Origin: an uncultured Gaiellaceae bacterium
GTDB lineage: Bacteria; Actinomycetota; Thermoleophilia; Gaiellales; Gaiellaceae
Direction: 5' to 3'
Length of the DNA stretch: 64,000 nt
Assembly: GCA_963744285.1 (NCBI GenBank)
Contig: CAVUTA010000018.1
Coordinates: 18,954 to 82,953 of the forward strand
The position numbers were made by a program, and so were the translations under genes. Numbering within the stretch: the first letter of the stretch is position 1; the number at the start of each line of letters is the position of its first letter. The notes under the pieces were generated by a model. That model was given only the letters and a program-made list of their open reading frames with translations. It made no database searches and had not been told where the DNA came from. Positions 25,573-35,616 of the stretch are shown in pieces.

Positions 25573-25577
25573 CCTGA

Positions 25578-27390
25578 CTACCCCGAGGCCGCGATCGCCG
25601 CCTCGAGGCTCGGAGTGTCGGAGAGCAGCCGCTTGGTGTACTCCGCGTCCGGCATGTCGAGCACCGTGTCGACGGCGCCATGCTCGACGATGCAGCCCTC
25701 GCTCATCACGGCGACTTCCTGCGCGATGGTGCGGATCAGCGCGAGATTGTGCGTGACGAACAGCAGGCCGATGTGGAGCTCCCGCTGAAGCTCGGCGAGC
25801 ACGTCCACGATCGCCGCCTGTACGGACACGTCGAGAGCGGACGTGACCTCGTCGCACACGAGGAGCTGCGGCTCCGCGACCAGCGCCCGGGCGATGGCCA
25901 CACGCTGGCGCTCGCCGCCGGAGAGCTGGTGCGGGTACCGCTCGAGGCAGCTCGACGAGAGCTGGACGCGATCGAGCGCCTGCGTCGCACGTCGCCGGCC
26001 CTCCGAGCCGCCGGCTCCGAAGAACAGGCGCAACGGCTGCTCCGATGATCTGCCCGATAGTCTTGCGCGGATTGAGAGAGTTGTAGGGGCTCTGGAAGAC
26101 GTACTGGATCTCCCGACGCGTGTCGGCGTCGCGGGCACGCGCGCCGGGCGGCAGCGGCTGCCCTCGGTAGGAGATCGCGCCCGTGTACTCCGCGTGGAGC
26201 CCGCCGACGCAGCGTGCGAGCGTCGTCTTGCCGGAGCCCGACTCGCCGACGAGCGCGAGGCACTCGCGCGGCCTGATCGCCAGGTCGACGTCGAACAGCA
26301 CCTGCCGAGTGCCCGTACGAGGCGCAAACCCCGCGGACGGCGACGAGCGCTTCGTCGACCTCGATCTCGGGCGCGGGCACCGCTCCCGGCCGAGCCGCCG
26401 CAGCGTCGGCCAGGACGACGGCATGCCGGATGCACCGCACGACGTGCTCCTCTGCGACGAGCTCGAGCGGAGGCTCGGCGGCACGGCACGCTTCTTGCGC
26501 GTAGGTGCAGCGCGGCGCGAAGAAGCAGCCGGTCGGGCGCTGGCCCGGGCGAGGCGCCGTCCCGGGGATGCCCACGAGCGCGTGGATGCCGGACAGCTCC
26601 GGGATCGCCTCGACGAGCCGCCGCGTGTACGGATGCCGCGCTCGGCGAAACAGCGTCCCGGTCGGCCCGACCTCGACCAGCCGGCCGCCGTACATGACTG
26701 CCACCCGGGTCGCGAGGGTCGCGACCACGGCCAGGTCGTGGCTCACGTACACGGCCGCGACGCCGTGCGCGGCGCACAGGTCGCGCACCGTCGCGAGCAC
26801 ATGAGCCTGCGTGGTGACGTCGAGTCCCGTCGTCGGCTCGTCGAGCACGATCACGCGCGGCCGGTTCGCGAATGCCATTGCCAGCGCGACGCGCTGCTGC
26901 TGCCCGCCCGAGAGCTGATGCGGGTAGCGCTTGAGGAACACGTCGTCGCTCGGCAGCAGCACCTCGCCGAGAACCTCGACGATCCGTGCGTGGCGTTCGT
27001 CGTCCGATGCGCCGAACCCGTGCTCGGAGAGCGCCTCGTCGAGCTGCCTGCCGATCCGCATCGCCGGGACTCAGTGCAGACGCCGGGTCCTGCGGGACGT
27101 ACGAGACGAGCGTGCCGCGCAGCCGCTGGCGCTCGAGCGGCGGGAGCGTGAGGATGTCGCGTCCCTCGATGCGCACCTCGCCGCGGGCGATCCGTGCGCC
27201 GCGGCGCGTGTGTCCGAGAATCGCGAGGCCGACGGTCGTCTTGCCCGGAGCCCGACTCGCCGACGAGCCCGAGCACCTCGCCCGCGCGCGACCTGCGAAC
27301 GTGATGCCGTCGACGATGTCCTCGTGCTCGCCGTAGTCGACCTCGACGCGGAGGTCGACGACCTCGAGCGCCGGAGCGTGCGGTGCTCAT
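25578..27390 (-). pseudogene. Dipeptide/oligopeptide-type ABC transporter, fused double ATP-binding protein (DppD-DppF). About 6 frame breaks.
   Basis: Two ABC cassettes: GLVGESGSGKTT...YPHQLSGGQQQRVALAMA...IVLDEPTTGLD and LALVGESGSGKTTLAR...[19 protein letters not shown]...LVCDEVTSALD. They are spliced from ORFs 26851..28239, 25578..27176, 25736..27061 and 24151..26484. Confidence 0.8.
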
Positions 27391-28309
27391 TCGCGCCCCG
27401 TCCGCCCGCGCTCGATGCCGATCATCGCGCGCGAGATGCCGTCGCCGATCAGGCTCGTCCCGATCGTGAGCAGCGCGATCGCGATCACGGGCAGGATGCA
27501 CCGGCCAGGGCTGGATGGTGAGGCCGTTCCGGTTCTCGTTGATCATCAGCCCCCAGTCGGCCGCCGGAGGTTGCAGGCCGAAGCCGAGGAAGCTCAGCCC
27601 CGCGACGACGGCGACGTTGAACGTCATCCGCAGCGTCGTCTCGACGATGAGCGGGCTCGCGATGTTCGGGAAGCACCTCGCCCATGAGGATGCGCCGGCG
27701 CGGGAGGCCAATCGCCTCGGCCGCGCGCACGAAGTCCTTCTCGACGACCTCGACAGCGGCGCCTCGCGTGACGCGGGCGGCGCGCGGCATCGTCGTGAGC
27801 CCGACCGCGAGCACGAGCAGCCACAGCTCCGGGCCGACCGTCGCGGCCAGCACCAGCGCGAAGACGATCTGCGGCAGCGAGAGCAGGACGTCCATGCTCC
27901 GCATGAGCAGGTCGTCGAGCTTGCCCCGCGAGTAGGCCGCGACCAGGCCGACCGCCACCCCGAGTGACCATGCCCGATGCGCGGTCGACGAGGCCGGCGA
28001 GGACGAGCACGGAGACGCCACCGGAGAGGAAGCGGCTGAGCACGTCGCGGCCGAGGTCGTCGGTGCCGAACCACGTCGTCGCTCGACGGCGGTGCGAACG
28101 GGAACTGGCCCTCGACGCCCTGGTCGGGCTCGTACGGTGCGACGAACGGCCCGATGAACGCGATCCCGACGATCAGGAGCGTGATGCCGAGCCCGATCTT
28201 CGTGCGGTGCTGCGACCATGCGGTGGAGAAGAGGAGCACGCCAGGGGCGCCCGGGCGCCTCGTCGAGATCGACCTCGACCGGCTCGTCGGCGACGGCGAT
28301 GCCGCTCAT
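27387..28309 (-). pseudogene. Peptide/nickel-type ABC transporter permease (DppC family). About 5 frame breaks.
   Basis: Pieces: TKIGLGITLLIVGIAFIGPFVAPYEPD, FGTDDLGRDVLSRFL, MRSMDVLLSLPQIVFALVLAA, and NIASPLIVETTLRMTFNVAVVAGLSFLGFGLQPP.ADWG. ATGA overlaps at both ends. Confidence 0.75.
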
Positions 28310-29269
28310 GACAGGGACGTCCGCAGGCGTGGGCTGACGAGGATCGTCGCGAGGTCGGCCAGCAGGTTCAGCACGACGTACATCGCCTGCGATCAGGAGC
28401 GCGACCGCCTGCACGACCGGCATGTCGCGGGCGCGCACCGAGTCGACGAGGAGCAGGCCGATGCCCTGGTAGTTGAAGACGGCCTCGACGACGACGATGC
28501 CGCCCGCGAGGTACGCGAGGTTCAGCGCGGCGACCTGAAAGGTCGGCGCCAGCGCGTTCGGCACCGCGTGCCGCCAGAGGACACGGCGCTCCGGCAGGCC
28601 CTTGAGCCGTGCCATCTCGACGAAGTCGCTCTCGAGGATCTCGACCGTCGACGCGCGCATGATCCTCGCGGTGTACGGCACGACGGCGATGACGAGCGTG
28701 ACGACGGGGAGGATGAGCTCCTTCGGGTAGTTCCACGGTCCGACGCCGGGCTCGGTCACGGCCACGGCCGGCAGCCACTCGAACACCGTCGTCGCGAACA
28801 GGACGACGAGCGTGATGCCGACCACGAACTCGGGCAGCGCCGCGAGGCCGAGCGTCGTCACGGACGTCGTCTGGTCGAACGCGCTGTCACGGCGTCGCGC
28901 ACTCGCGGCGCCGAGGGCGATCCCGAAGGGCACGCTGATCACCGCGGCGAGGACCATGAGGAAGAGCGAGTAGACGAGCCGCTCGCCGATGACCTCCGTC
29001 ACCGGGAGGCTGTTGGCGAGCGAGGTGCCGAGGTCGCCGGTGAGGACTCCGGAGATCCACTCCCAGTACTGGGTGAGCACCGGCTTGTCGAGCCCGAGCT
29101 GCCGCCTCAGCTCGGCGAGCGACTCGGGCGTCGCGCTTCGCCCGAGGATCGAGCGGGCGGCGTCACCTGGCAGCGCCTGGGTCGCCGCGAAGATGATCAC
29201 GGACGTGATCCACAGCGTGACGAGGCCGAGGAGCAGCCGCCGGACGACGAACCCGGTCAGTCCGTGCAC
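28306..29269 (-). pseudogene. Peptide/nickel-type ABC transporter permease (DppB family). One frame break near 28385.
   Basis: MHGLTGFVVRRLLLGLVTLWITSVIIFAATQALPGDAARSILG...DFVEMARLKGLPERRVLWRHAVPNALAPT... The last ~25 codons (MYVVLNLLADLATILVSPRLRTSLS*) are in another frame. Confidence 0.82.
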
Positions 29270-29320
29270 GGAGAGGGAGAGCGAGAGGGTGCCGGACAGG
29301 AGCCCGGCACCCTCGTCGGC

Positions 29321-30945
29321 TCAGACGAAGTAGATCGTGCGGAAGCCGTTGCCGTACTTGTTGAGGTTGAGGGTGCCGCGGTCGACCTTGTAGCCGCCGA
29401 CCTTGGCCGAGTAGCCGTCCGTGAGGTTCTTGAAGCCCCAGATGATGAGCCCGCCGTCGTTGTACTCCATGCGCTGCATCTCGTTTGATGATCTCGGCGC
29501 GCTTCTTGTCGTTGACGGTCGCGAGCGCCTGGCGGTACAGCCTCTCGAACCTCGCGTAGCCCGGGTACGCGTCCCAGTGCGTCTCGTTGAACGGCGCGCG
29601 TCTTCAGGACGCCCGTCGCCGCCTGGAGCAGGTAGTTGCGCGTCCCCCAGTAGTCGGCCGAGAACGGCCACTTCAGGTACTGGTCGCCGTAGATCGTGCC
29701 GCCGTCGACGTTCTTGACGGTGACGTTCACGCCGCCGGCCTTCGCGTTCTGGGCGAAGATCGTCGCGCCCTCGACCATTCCGGTGTCCGCCGGGCTCGTG
29801 ATGAGCTCGACCGACAGGTTCTCCTGGCCCGCCTGGCGGAGGAGCGACCGTGCCTGCTCGGGGTCGTAGCGGCGCTGCGGGAACTCGTCGCCCGCGTACG
29901 CCGGGTCGAACGGCGAGTAGACGTCGTTCGCGACGCGCCCGAACCCGGAGAGGCCCTGCTGCACGACCTGGGGCCGGTTGATGAGCAGGCGGAACGCCCG
30001 CCGCACGCGCACGTCGTTGAACGGTGGCGTCGTCAGATTCATGCAGAGCGGCGTCCACGCGCCCGTCTGGGCCGTGTAGATGCGGAGGTCGCTGCGGCCG
30101 CCTGACGACGGGCACCTGGGCGAACGGCACGTCGGCCATCGCCTCGATCTGGCCGGAGAGCAGCGCGTTCACCTTGGCCGCGTCGGAGGGGAAGTTGATG
30201 ATCCGCACCTGGTCGAAGTACGGCTGGCCGGAGATCCAGTAGTTCTCGTTCTTCACGTGCACGCTCTCGCGCCCGGGCGTGAAGCTCTTGACCTTGAACG
30301 GCCCCGTCCCGATGTACTGCAGCGGCCCCTTCCCGACAGCGTTCGGCTGGTAGCCCTTCGGGACGACGCCCTGGAAGTACTGCGCGAACGCCTCCAGGAG
30401 CGTCACGTCGGCGCGGGAGAGGGTGAGCCGGCACGTGCGCTTGTCGAGCTTCTTGATCCGCTTCAGGTCGATCGCACCGAAGGCCGCGTTGCCGAACAGC
30501 TTCAGCTTCGGGTTCTTCGTGCGCTGGATCGAGTAGATGACGTCGTCGATGTCGAGCGTCTTGCCGTTGTGGAACTCGATCGCCGCTGCGAACGCGGATG
30601 AGGTACTGGTTGGCCTTCTCGGCCTTGAGCTCCTCGGCGAGGTGGTTCCGGATCTTGCCCTGTCTCGTCGAAGCGCGCAAGGCCGTCGAAGCCGGCGACG
30701 AGGCGCGCGATGTCCGACTTCGCGACGATGTGCTGGCCGTCGATGAAGTCGGTCGTGCCGCCGGACGTCGCCTGGCGGAACGTGCCTCCTCGCTTGATCT
30801 GCGTCGATGCGAACGCCGCCTCCGTGAGCGGCCCGAACGAGCCTCCCGTGACGACGATCCCTAGTGCGCCCGCGCGCTTGAGAAGATCCTGGCGGGTCAT
30901 GCCGCGTTCGACTTCGCGGCTCAGTGCTTCGTCGGCCGTAATCAT
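29321..30945 (-). pseudogene. ABC transporter substrate-binding protein, family 5 (DppA/OppA-like). About 7 frame breaks.
   Basis: Strong RBS (GAGGAGGG) before ATG 30945. The signal region MTRQDLLKRAGALGIVVTGGSFGPLTEAAFA is Tat-like. Family-5 blocks: IEFHNGKTLDIDDVIYSIQR, GTGPFKVKSF.PG....V.N.NYW, LNLTTPPFNDVRVRRAF, and the C-terminal ...KVDRGTLNLNKYGNGFRTIYFV*. Confidence 0.75.
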
Positions 30946-30972
30946 CCGCTGCCCTCCTCGTGCGTGGGATCC

Positions 30973-30991
30973 ACGACCTCGCCGAGGTCGT
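30973..30991. promoter_or_regulatory. Perfect 19-bp palindrome ACGACCTCG-C-CGAGGTCGT in the divergent SBP/aminotransferase intergenic region. Candidate operator.
   Basis: Read directly. It lies 28 nt upstream of the SBP start (30945) and 85 nt upstream of the aminotransferase start (31076). Confidence 0.35.
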
Positions 30992-31075
30992 CCAGGGGCC
31001 ATTCAACTCCAGCGCGGGACGAAACACAAGCACCTCGCATCGCTTAACCGGGCTCGACGACCGTAGAGTTGCCGC

Positions 31076-32193
31076 GTGGCCGAGTGGAGCAGCCTCGTGG
31101 TTCCCGGCGTACGCGAGCTCGAGCCGTTCGACGTCGAGGGAACCGTCGCCCAGGTACGAGCGCTCCGCGACCACGACGCAGGGCGCCAAGCTCGACTGGA
31201 ACGAGAACCTCTTCGGCCCGCTGCCGGGGGTGCTCGACGCGGTGCGCGACGAGCTCGCGAACGCGGCGCTGTATCCGATCGAGGCATACGACGACTTCCG
31301 GATCGAGGTCGGCCGGTTCGTCGGCACGACCCCGGCCCGCATCGTCCCCGGCCATGGGACGCAGGGGCTCATCGGCACGCTCGCGAGCGCCTTCCTGCAG
31401 CCGGGCGATCGCGTGGTGCAGCCGGCCGCGACGTTCTACCTCTACGAGCTCGTCTCGGTCGCGCGGGGCGCTCGCGTGCACCGCGTGCCGATGCGGGGCC
31501 AGAGCCTCGATCTCGAAGCCCTCGCAACCGCTGCTGGCGAGGTCGAGGCGCGGATCGTCTGGATCTGCGATCCGAACAATCCGACCGGCGCCGCTCTGCA
31601 GCAGGCGGAATGGGACGAGTTCCTCGACCGCGCTGCCCGAGGGCTGCGTCGTCGTCGCCGACGAGGCGTACGCCGACTACCTGGAACCCGAGCGTCGTAT
31701 CCGCCGCGAGCGCGACGTCGATGCCGGGCCGCGCTGTCGTCGTGCTTCGCAGCTTCTCGAAGTTCTACGGCCTCGCGGGTCTGCGGCTCGGGTACGCGGT
31801 CGTCGACGAACCGCTGCCGCGTACCTGAGCGTGGTCGAGGAGCCCTGCAACGTGAACTGCGCGGCGCTCGCCGCGGGCATGGCCTCGCTCCGGGCGACCG
31901 AAGCCGCGGCGGAGACGGCGCCGCGAAGTCGCCGAGGCGCGCACCTTGCTGGAGCGAGGCCTTCGCGACGCCGGCGTCGAGCCGCTATCCGTCGGAGGCG
32001 AGCTTCGTTCTCGCTCGCGTGGACGGAGACGACGAGCTGATCGCGCGACGAGGCGGCGCGCGGCGGCGTCCTCGTCCGCGCCGGATCGGAGATCGGACTG
32101 CCCGGACACCTTCGAGTGACGGTCGGGCCCGCGCCGCTGATGGAGCTCGCCGGCAGAGAGCTCCGCCGGGCGCTCACTGCGATCAGGGCCTGA
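31076..32193 (+). pseudogene. Class I/II PLP-dependent aminotransferase (histidinol-phosphate aminotransferase-like). About 6 frame breaks.
   Basis: KLDWNENLFGPLPGVLDAVRDEL...YP......L...VG...ARIVPGHGTQGLI...IWICDPNNPTG, then VVADEAYADY, VVLRSFSKFYGLAGLRLGY (PLP-Lys motif) and ...LRVTVGP... in alternating frames. Confidence 0.75.
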
Positions 32194-32197
32194 CGGA

Positions 32198-33135
32198 TTG
32201 CCACGCGTCCTCTGCGACTCGTCGTTCCCGCCGGACCGCGTTCGTGAGGCCCTCGCGCTCCCGGACGTCGTCGTCGAGGTGGCCGCGCCTCCGTGGGCCG
32301 GCGACGACGTGGTCGCGCTCGTGTCGTTCGAGCCCGTCTCGGCCGAGGAGCTCGAGCAGCTGCCGGCACTGCGCGTCGTCGCGACACCGAGCGTGGGGTT
32401 CGACCACATCGACGTCGCTGCCGCGACGGCGCAGGGCGTGTGGGTCTGCAACGTCCCGGACTACTGCGTCGAAGAGATGGCCGACCACGCACTCGCACTC
32501 CTCCTCGCGCTCGTGCGCGGCATCGTCGCGCTCGACCGCAGCGTCGCGGCGGGTCGTCTGGGACTACGCGGCAGCAGGTGCGCTGCAGCGGGTGTCGGAC
32601 GTACGGGTCGGCGTGATCGGGTTCGGACGGATCGGCAGAGCGTTCGCGACGCGCGCACTGGCACTCGGGATGGAGGTGTCCGCGCACGATCCGCTCCTCG
32701 CGGACGACGAGATCGCCGCCACGGGCGTCCGGCCCCTGCGTCTCGATGAGCTGCTCGCGAGCTCGACCGCGGTCTCCCTCCACGCCCCGCTGACTGCCGA
32801 GACCCGAGGGCTGATCGGCGCAGCGCGAGCTCGCGCAGCTCCCCGAAGGAGCCTTCGTGGTCAACGTCGCGCGCGCGCCGCTCCTCGACGTGCGAGCGGC
32901 TCTCGAAGCGCTCGGGTCGGGGCACCTCGGCGGTCTCGCGCTCGACGTGCTCGACGTCGAGCCGCCGACGTCGGCCGCGAAGGCGCCTTCCTCGTCTCGG
33001 CTCATCGTCACGCCGCACGCCGGCTGGTACAGCGAGCACGCGGAGGAGATCGTGTTCGAGCGTACCGTGGAGTCGGTCCGAGACGTACTCGCCGGGCGGA
33101 CGCCGCGGGGCGCAGTCAATTCTCCTGTGCGATAG
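32198..33135 (+). pseudogene. D-isomer-specific 2-hydroxyacid dehydrogenase family protein. 2 frame breaks (~32560, ~32825).
   Basis: ...VVATPSVGFDHIDVAAATAQGVWVCNVPDYCVEEMADHALALLLAL..., VGVIGFGRIGRAFATRALALGMEV (NAD GxGxxG), FVVNVARAPLLD, and LALDVLDVEP...TPHAGW. Confidence 0.8.
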
Positions 33136-33146
33136 CGTCGCTCGCG

Positions 33147-34676
33147 ATGCGCGAACGGCCGCACATCCTCGTGCTGATGGTCGATCAGCTCGCCGCCCCG
33201 TTCCTCCGCACCTACGGACATCAGGTCACGAAGACACCGACGATCGACCGACTCGCCGAGACGGGCGTCGTCTTCGAGAACGCGTACACGCCCAGTCCGC
33301 TCTGCGCACCGGCACGCGCGTCGCTCATGACGGGAATGCTTCCGAGTCGCACGGGCGTCTACGACAACTCGGCCGAGTTCGCCTCGTCGATCCCGACGTT
33401 CGCGCACTATTTGCGACTCGAGGGATACCGGACCTGCCTCAGCGGCAAGATGCACTTCGTCGGGCCGGATCAGCTACACGGGTTCGAGGAGCGGCTCACC
33501 ACCGACGTCTATCCGGGCGACTTCGGCTGGACGCCCGATTGGAGCCGCCCGGGCGAGCGGATCGACTGGTGGTACCACAACATGAGCTCGGTCAAGGAGG
33601 CAGGCGTGGCCGAGATCACGAACCAGCTCGAGTACGACGACGAGGTCGCGTTCCACGCCGTCCGTCGCCTCTACGACTACGCACGCTTCGAAGGGGACGC
33701 TCCGCTCATGCTGTGCGTCTCCTTCACACACCCGCACGACCCGTACGTGGCGAGGCAGCGGTACTGGGACCTGTACGCAGACGACGACGTCGACCTGCCG
33801 GCGGCGCCCGGGTTGCCGTACGCGGAGCGCGACCCGCATGGCCGAAGACTCTTCGATGACCTCGCGATGGGCGACGTCGACATCACGGAGGCGGACGTGC
33901 GCGCCTCGCGCCACGGCTACTACGCGAGCCTGTCGTACGTCGACGAGCGGATCGGCGACGTGCTGGACGCCTTCCAGGCGTGCGGGCTGGCGGAGGACTC
34001 GATCGTGATCTTCGCGTCCGATCACGGAGACTTCCTCGGCGAGCACGGGCTCTTCTACAAGATGTCCTTCCTCGAGCACGCCTCACACGTCCCGCTGATC
34101 GTGCACGCGCCGGAGCGGTTCGAAGCCCGGAGGGTGCCAGAGCCCGTGTCTCTCCTGGACGTGACGCCGACTCTGGCGGATCTGGCTCGCCCGGGTTCCT
34201 CCGACGAGCTCTCGGCGCCGGTGGACGGACGCAGCCTGCTGCCGTTGCTGGCCGGGGGCGCCGAGCCTGACCGAACCGTGGCTGCTGAGTACCTGGCGGA
34301 GAGCGCGCTCGCGCCGATGGTCATGCTTCGTCGTGGGCGTTGGAAGTTCATCCACACCCCGAGCGATCCGGACCTGCTCTTCGATCTCGAGAACGATCCG
34401 CTCGAGCTCGTAAACCTCGCCGAAGCGCCGGACCAGGCCGGCCTCGTGCGGGAGCTCCGGGAGGAGGCAGGCGAGCGGTGGGATCTCGACGCGGTCGAGC
34501 GGGACGTCCGTGCGAGCCAGCAAGCGCGGCTCGCCGTCTTTCGAGCGCTGCAGCAGGGAGTGACATATCCGTGGGATTTCCAGCCCTCGCGAGCCGCAGC
34601 CAGGCAGTACACCCGGAACACCATGGACGTCGCCCTTCGCGACCGGCAGTCCCGTTTTCCCGCGCAACCCTCGTGA
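33147..34676 (+). CDS. betC: Choline-sulfatase
   Basis: Intact within the 30960..34676 frame (509 aa). Sulfatase signature SPLCAPARASLMTG (C-x-P-x-R), plus GKMHFVGPDQLHGFEERL, FTHPHDPY, YYASLSYVDERIG and ASDHGDFLGEHGLFYKM, which is the choline-sulfatase subfamily pattern. Confidence 0.88.
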   Translation: MRERPHILVLMVDQLAAPFLRTYGHQVTKTPTIDRLAETGVVFENAYTPSPLCAPARASLMTGMLPSRTGVYDNSAEFASSIPTFAHYLRLEGYRTCLSGKMHFVGPDQLHGFEERLTTDVYPGDFGWTPDWSRPGERIDWWYHNMSSVKEAGVAEITNQLEYDDEVAFHAVRRLYDYARFEGDAPLMLCVSFTHPHDPYVARQRYWDLYADDDVDLPAAPGLPYAERDPHGRRLFDDLAMGDVDITEADVRASRHGYYASLSYVDERIGDVLDAFQACGLAEDSIVIFASDHGDFLGEHGLFYKMSFLEHASHVPLIVHAPERFEARRVPEPVSLLDVTPTLADLARPGSSDELSAPVDGRSLLPLLAGGAEPDRTVAAEYLAESALAPMVMLRRGRWKFIHTPSDPDLLFDLENDPLELVNLAEAPDQAGLVRELREEAGERWDLDAVERDVRASQQARLAVFRALQQGVTYPWDFQPSRAAARQYTRNTMDVALRDRQSRFPAQPS

Positions 34677-34692
34677 GAGCGGCAGACTGCCG

Positions 34693-35586
34693 GTGAACAC
34701 CGAGGTCTTCATCACGTGCGCGGTCACCGGCGTCGGCGCCACGACCGAGCGCTCGGAGCTCGTTCCGGTGACGCCTCCGGAGATCGCGGACGCGGCGATC
34801 GAGGCTGCGCGGGCGGGCGCGGCGATCGTCCACATTCACGTTCGCGATCCCGTGTCGGGAGGGCCGTCACGCGACCCGGCGCTCTACCGCGAGGTGGTCG
34901 AGCGTATTCGCTCCGCCGATGTCGACGTCGTCCTGAATCTGACCGCGGGCATGGGTGGAGATCTCGTGCTCGGCGGCATCGAATCCCCGCTCCCACCGAA
35001 TCCTTTGGGTACGGACATGGCCGGCGCGACCGAGCGGCTGGCGCATGTCGCCGAGCTCCGCCCCGAGCTGTGCACCCTCGACTGCGGGACGATGAACTTC
35101 GCCGAGGGCGACTACGTGATGACGAACACGCCCTCGATGCTGCGCGAGCTGGCTCGCCAGATACGGGAGCTCGGCGTCCGACCCGAGATCGAGGTCTTCG
35201 ACACGGGACACCTCGTCTTCGCGAAGCAACTCATCGCCGAGGGGCTGGTGGACGAGCCGGCGATGCTCCAGCTGTGCATGGGCATTCCGTACGGGGCGCC
35301 CGACGACCCCGGAACGCTGCTGGCGCTCGTGAATCAGCTTCCGCCCGACTGCGTCTTCTCGGCGTTCGCGATCGGTCGCATGCAGCTGCCGTATGTCGCG
35401 CTCGCCCCTCTCGTCGGCGGCAACGTGCGCGTCGGGCTGGAGGACAACCTCTGGCTCGAGCGCGGTGTGAAGGCGACGAACGCGCAGCTCGTCGCGCGGG
35501 CGGTGACGATTCTCGACGCCATGAACGTCCGCGTCCTGGGCCCGCGGAGACGCGCGAGAAGCTGGGACTGCAAGAGCTTGAGATGA
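34693..35586 (+). CDS. BKACE-family (3-keto-5-aminohexanoate cleavage enzyme, DUF849) protein. Candidate 3-dehydrocarnitine cleavage enzyme.
   Basis: Intact 297-aa ORF: VFITCAVTGVGAT...VPVTPPEIADAAIEAARAGAAIVHIHVRD...GGNVRVGLEDNLWL. It sits directly upstream of the carnitine dehydrogenase. Confidence 0.85.
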   Translation: MNTEVFITCAVTGVGATTERSELVPVTPPEIADAAIEAARAGAAIVHIHVRDPVSGGPSRDPALYREVVERIRSADVDVVLNLTAGMGGDLVLGGIESPLPPNPLGTDMAGATERLAHVAELRPELCTLDCGTMNFAEGDYVMTNTPSMLRELARQIRELGVRPEIEVFDTGHLVFAKQLIAEGLVDEPAMLQLCMGIPYGAPDDPGTLLALVNQLPPDCVFSAFAIGRMQLPYVALAPLVGGNVRVGLEDNLWLERGVKATNAQLVARAVTILDAMNVRVLGPRRRARSWDCKSLR

Positions 35587-35616
35587 AGCAGTCAGCGGTC
35601 GCGAAGCGCCGCCTTG

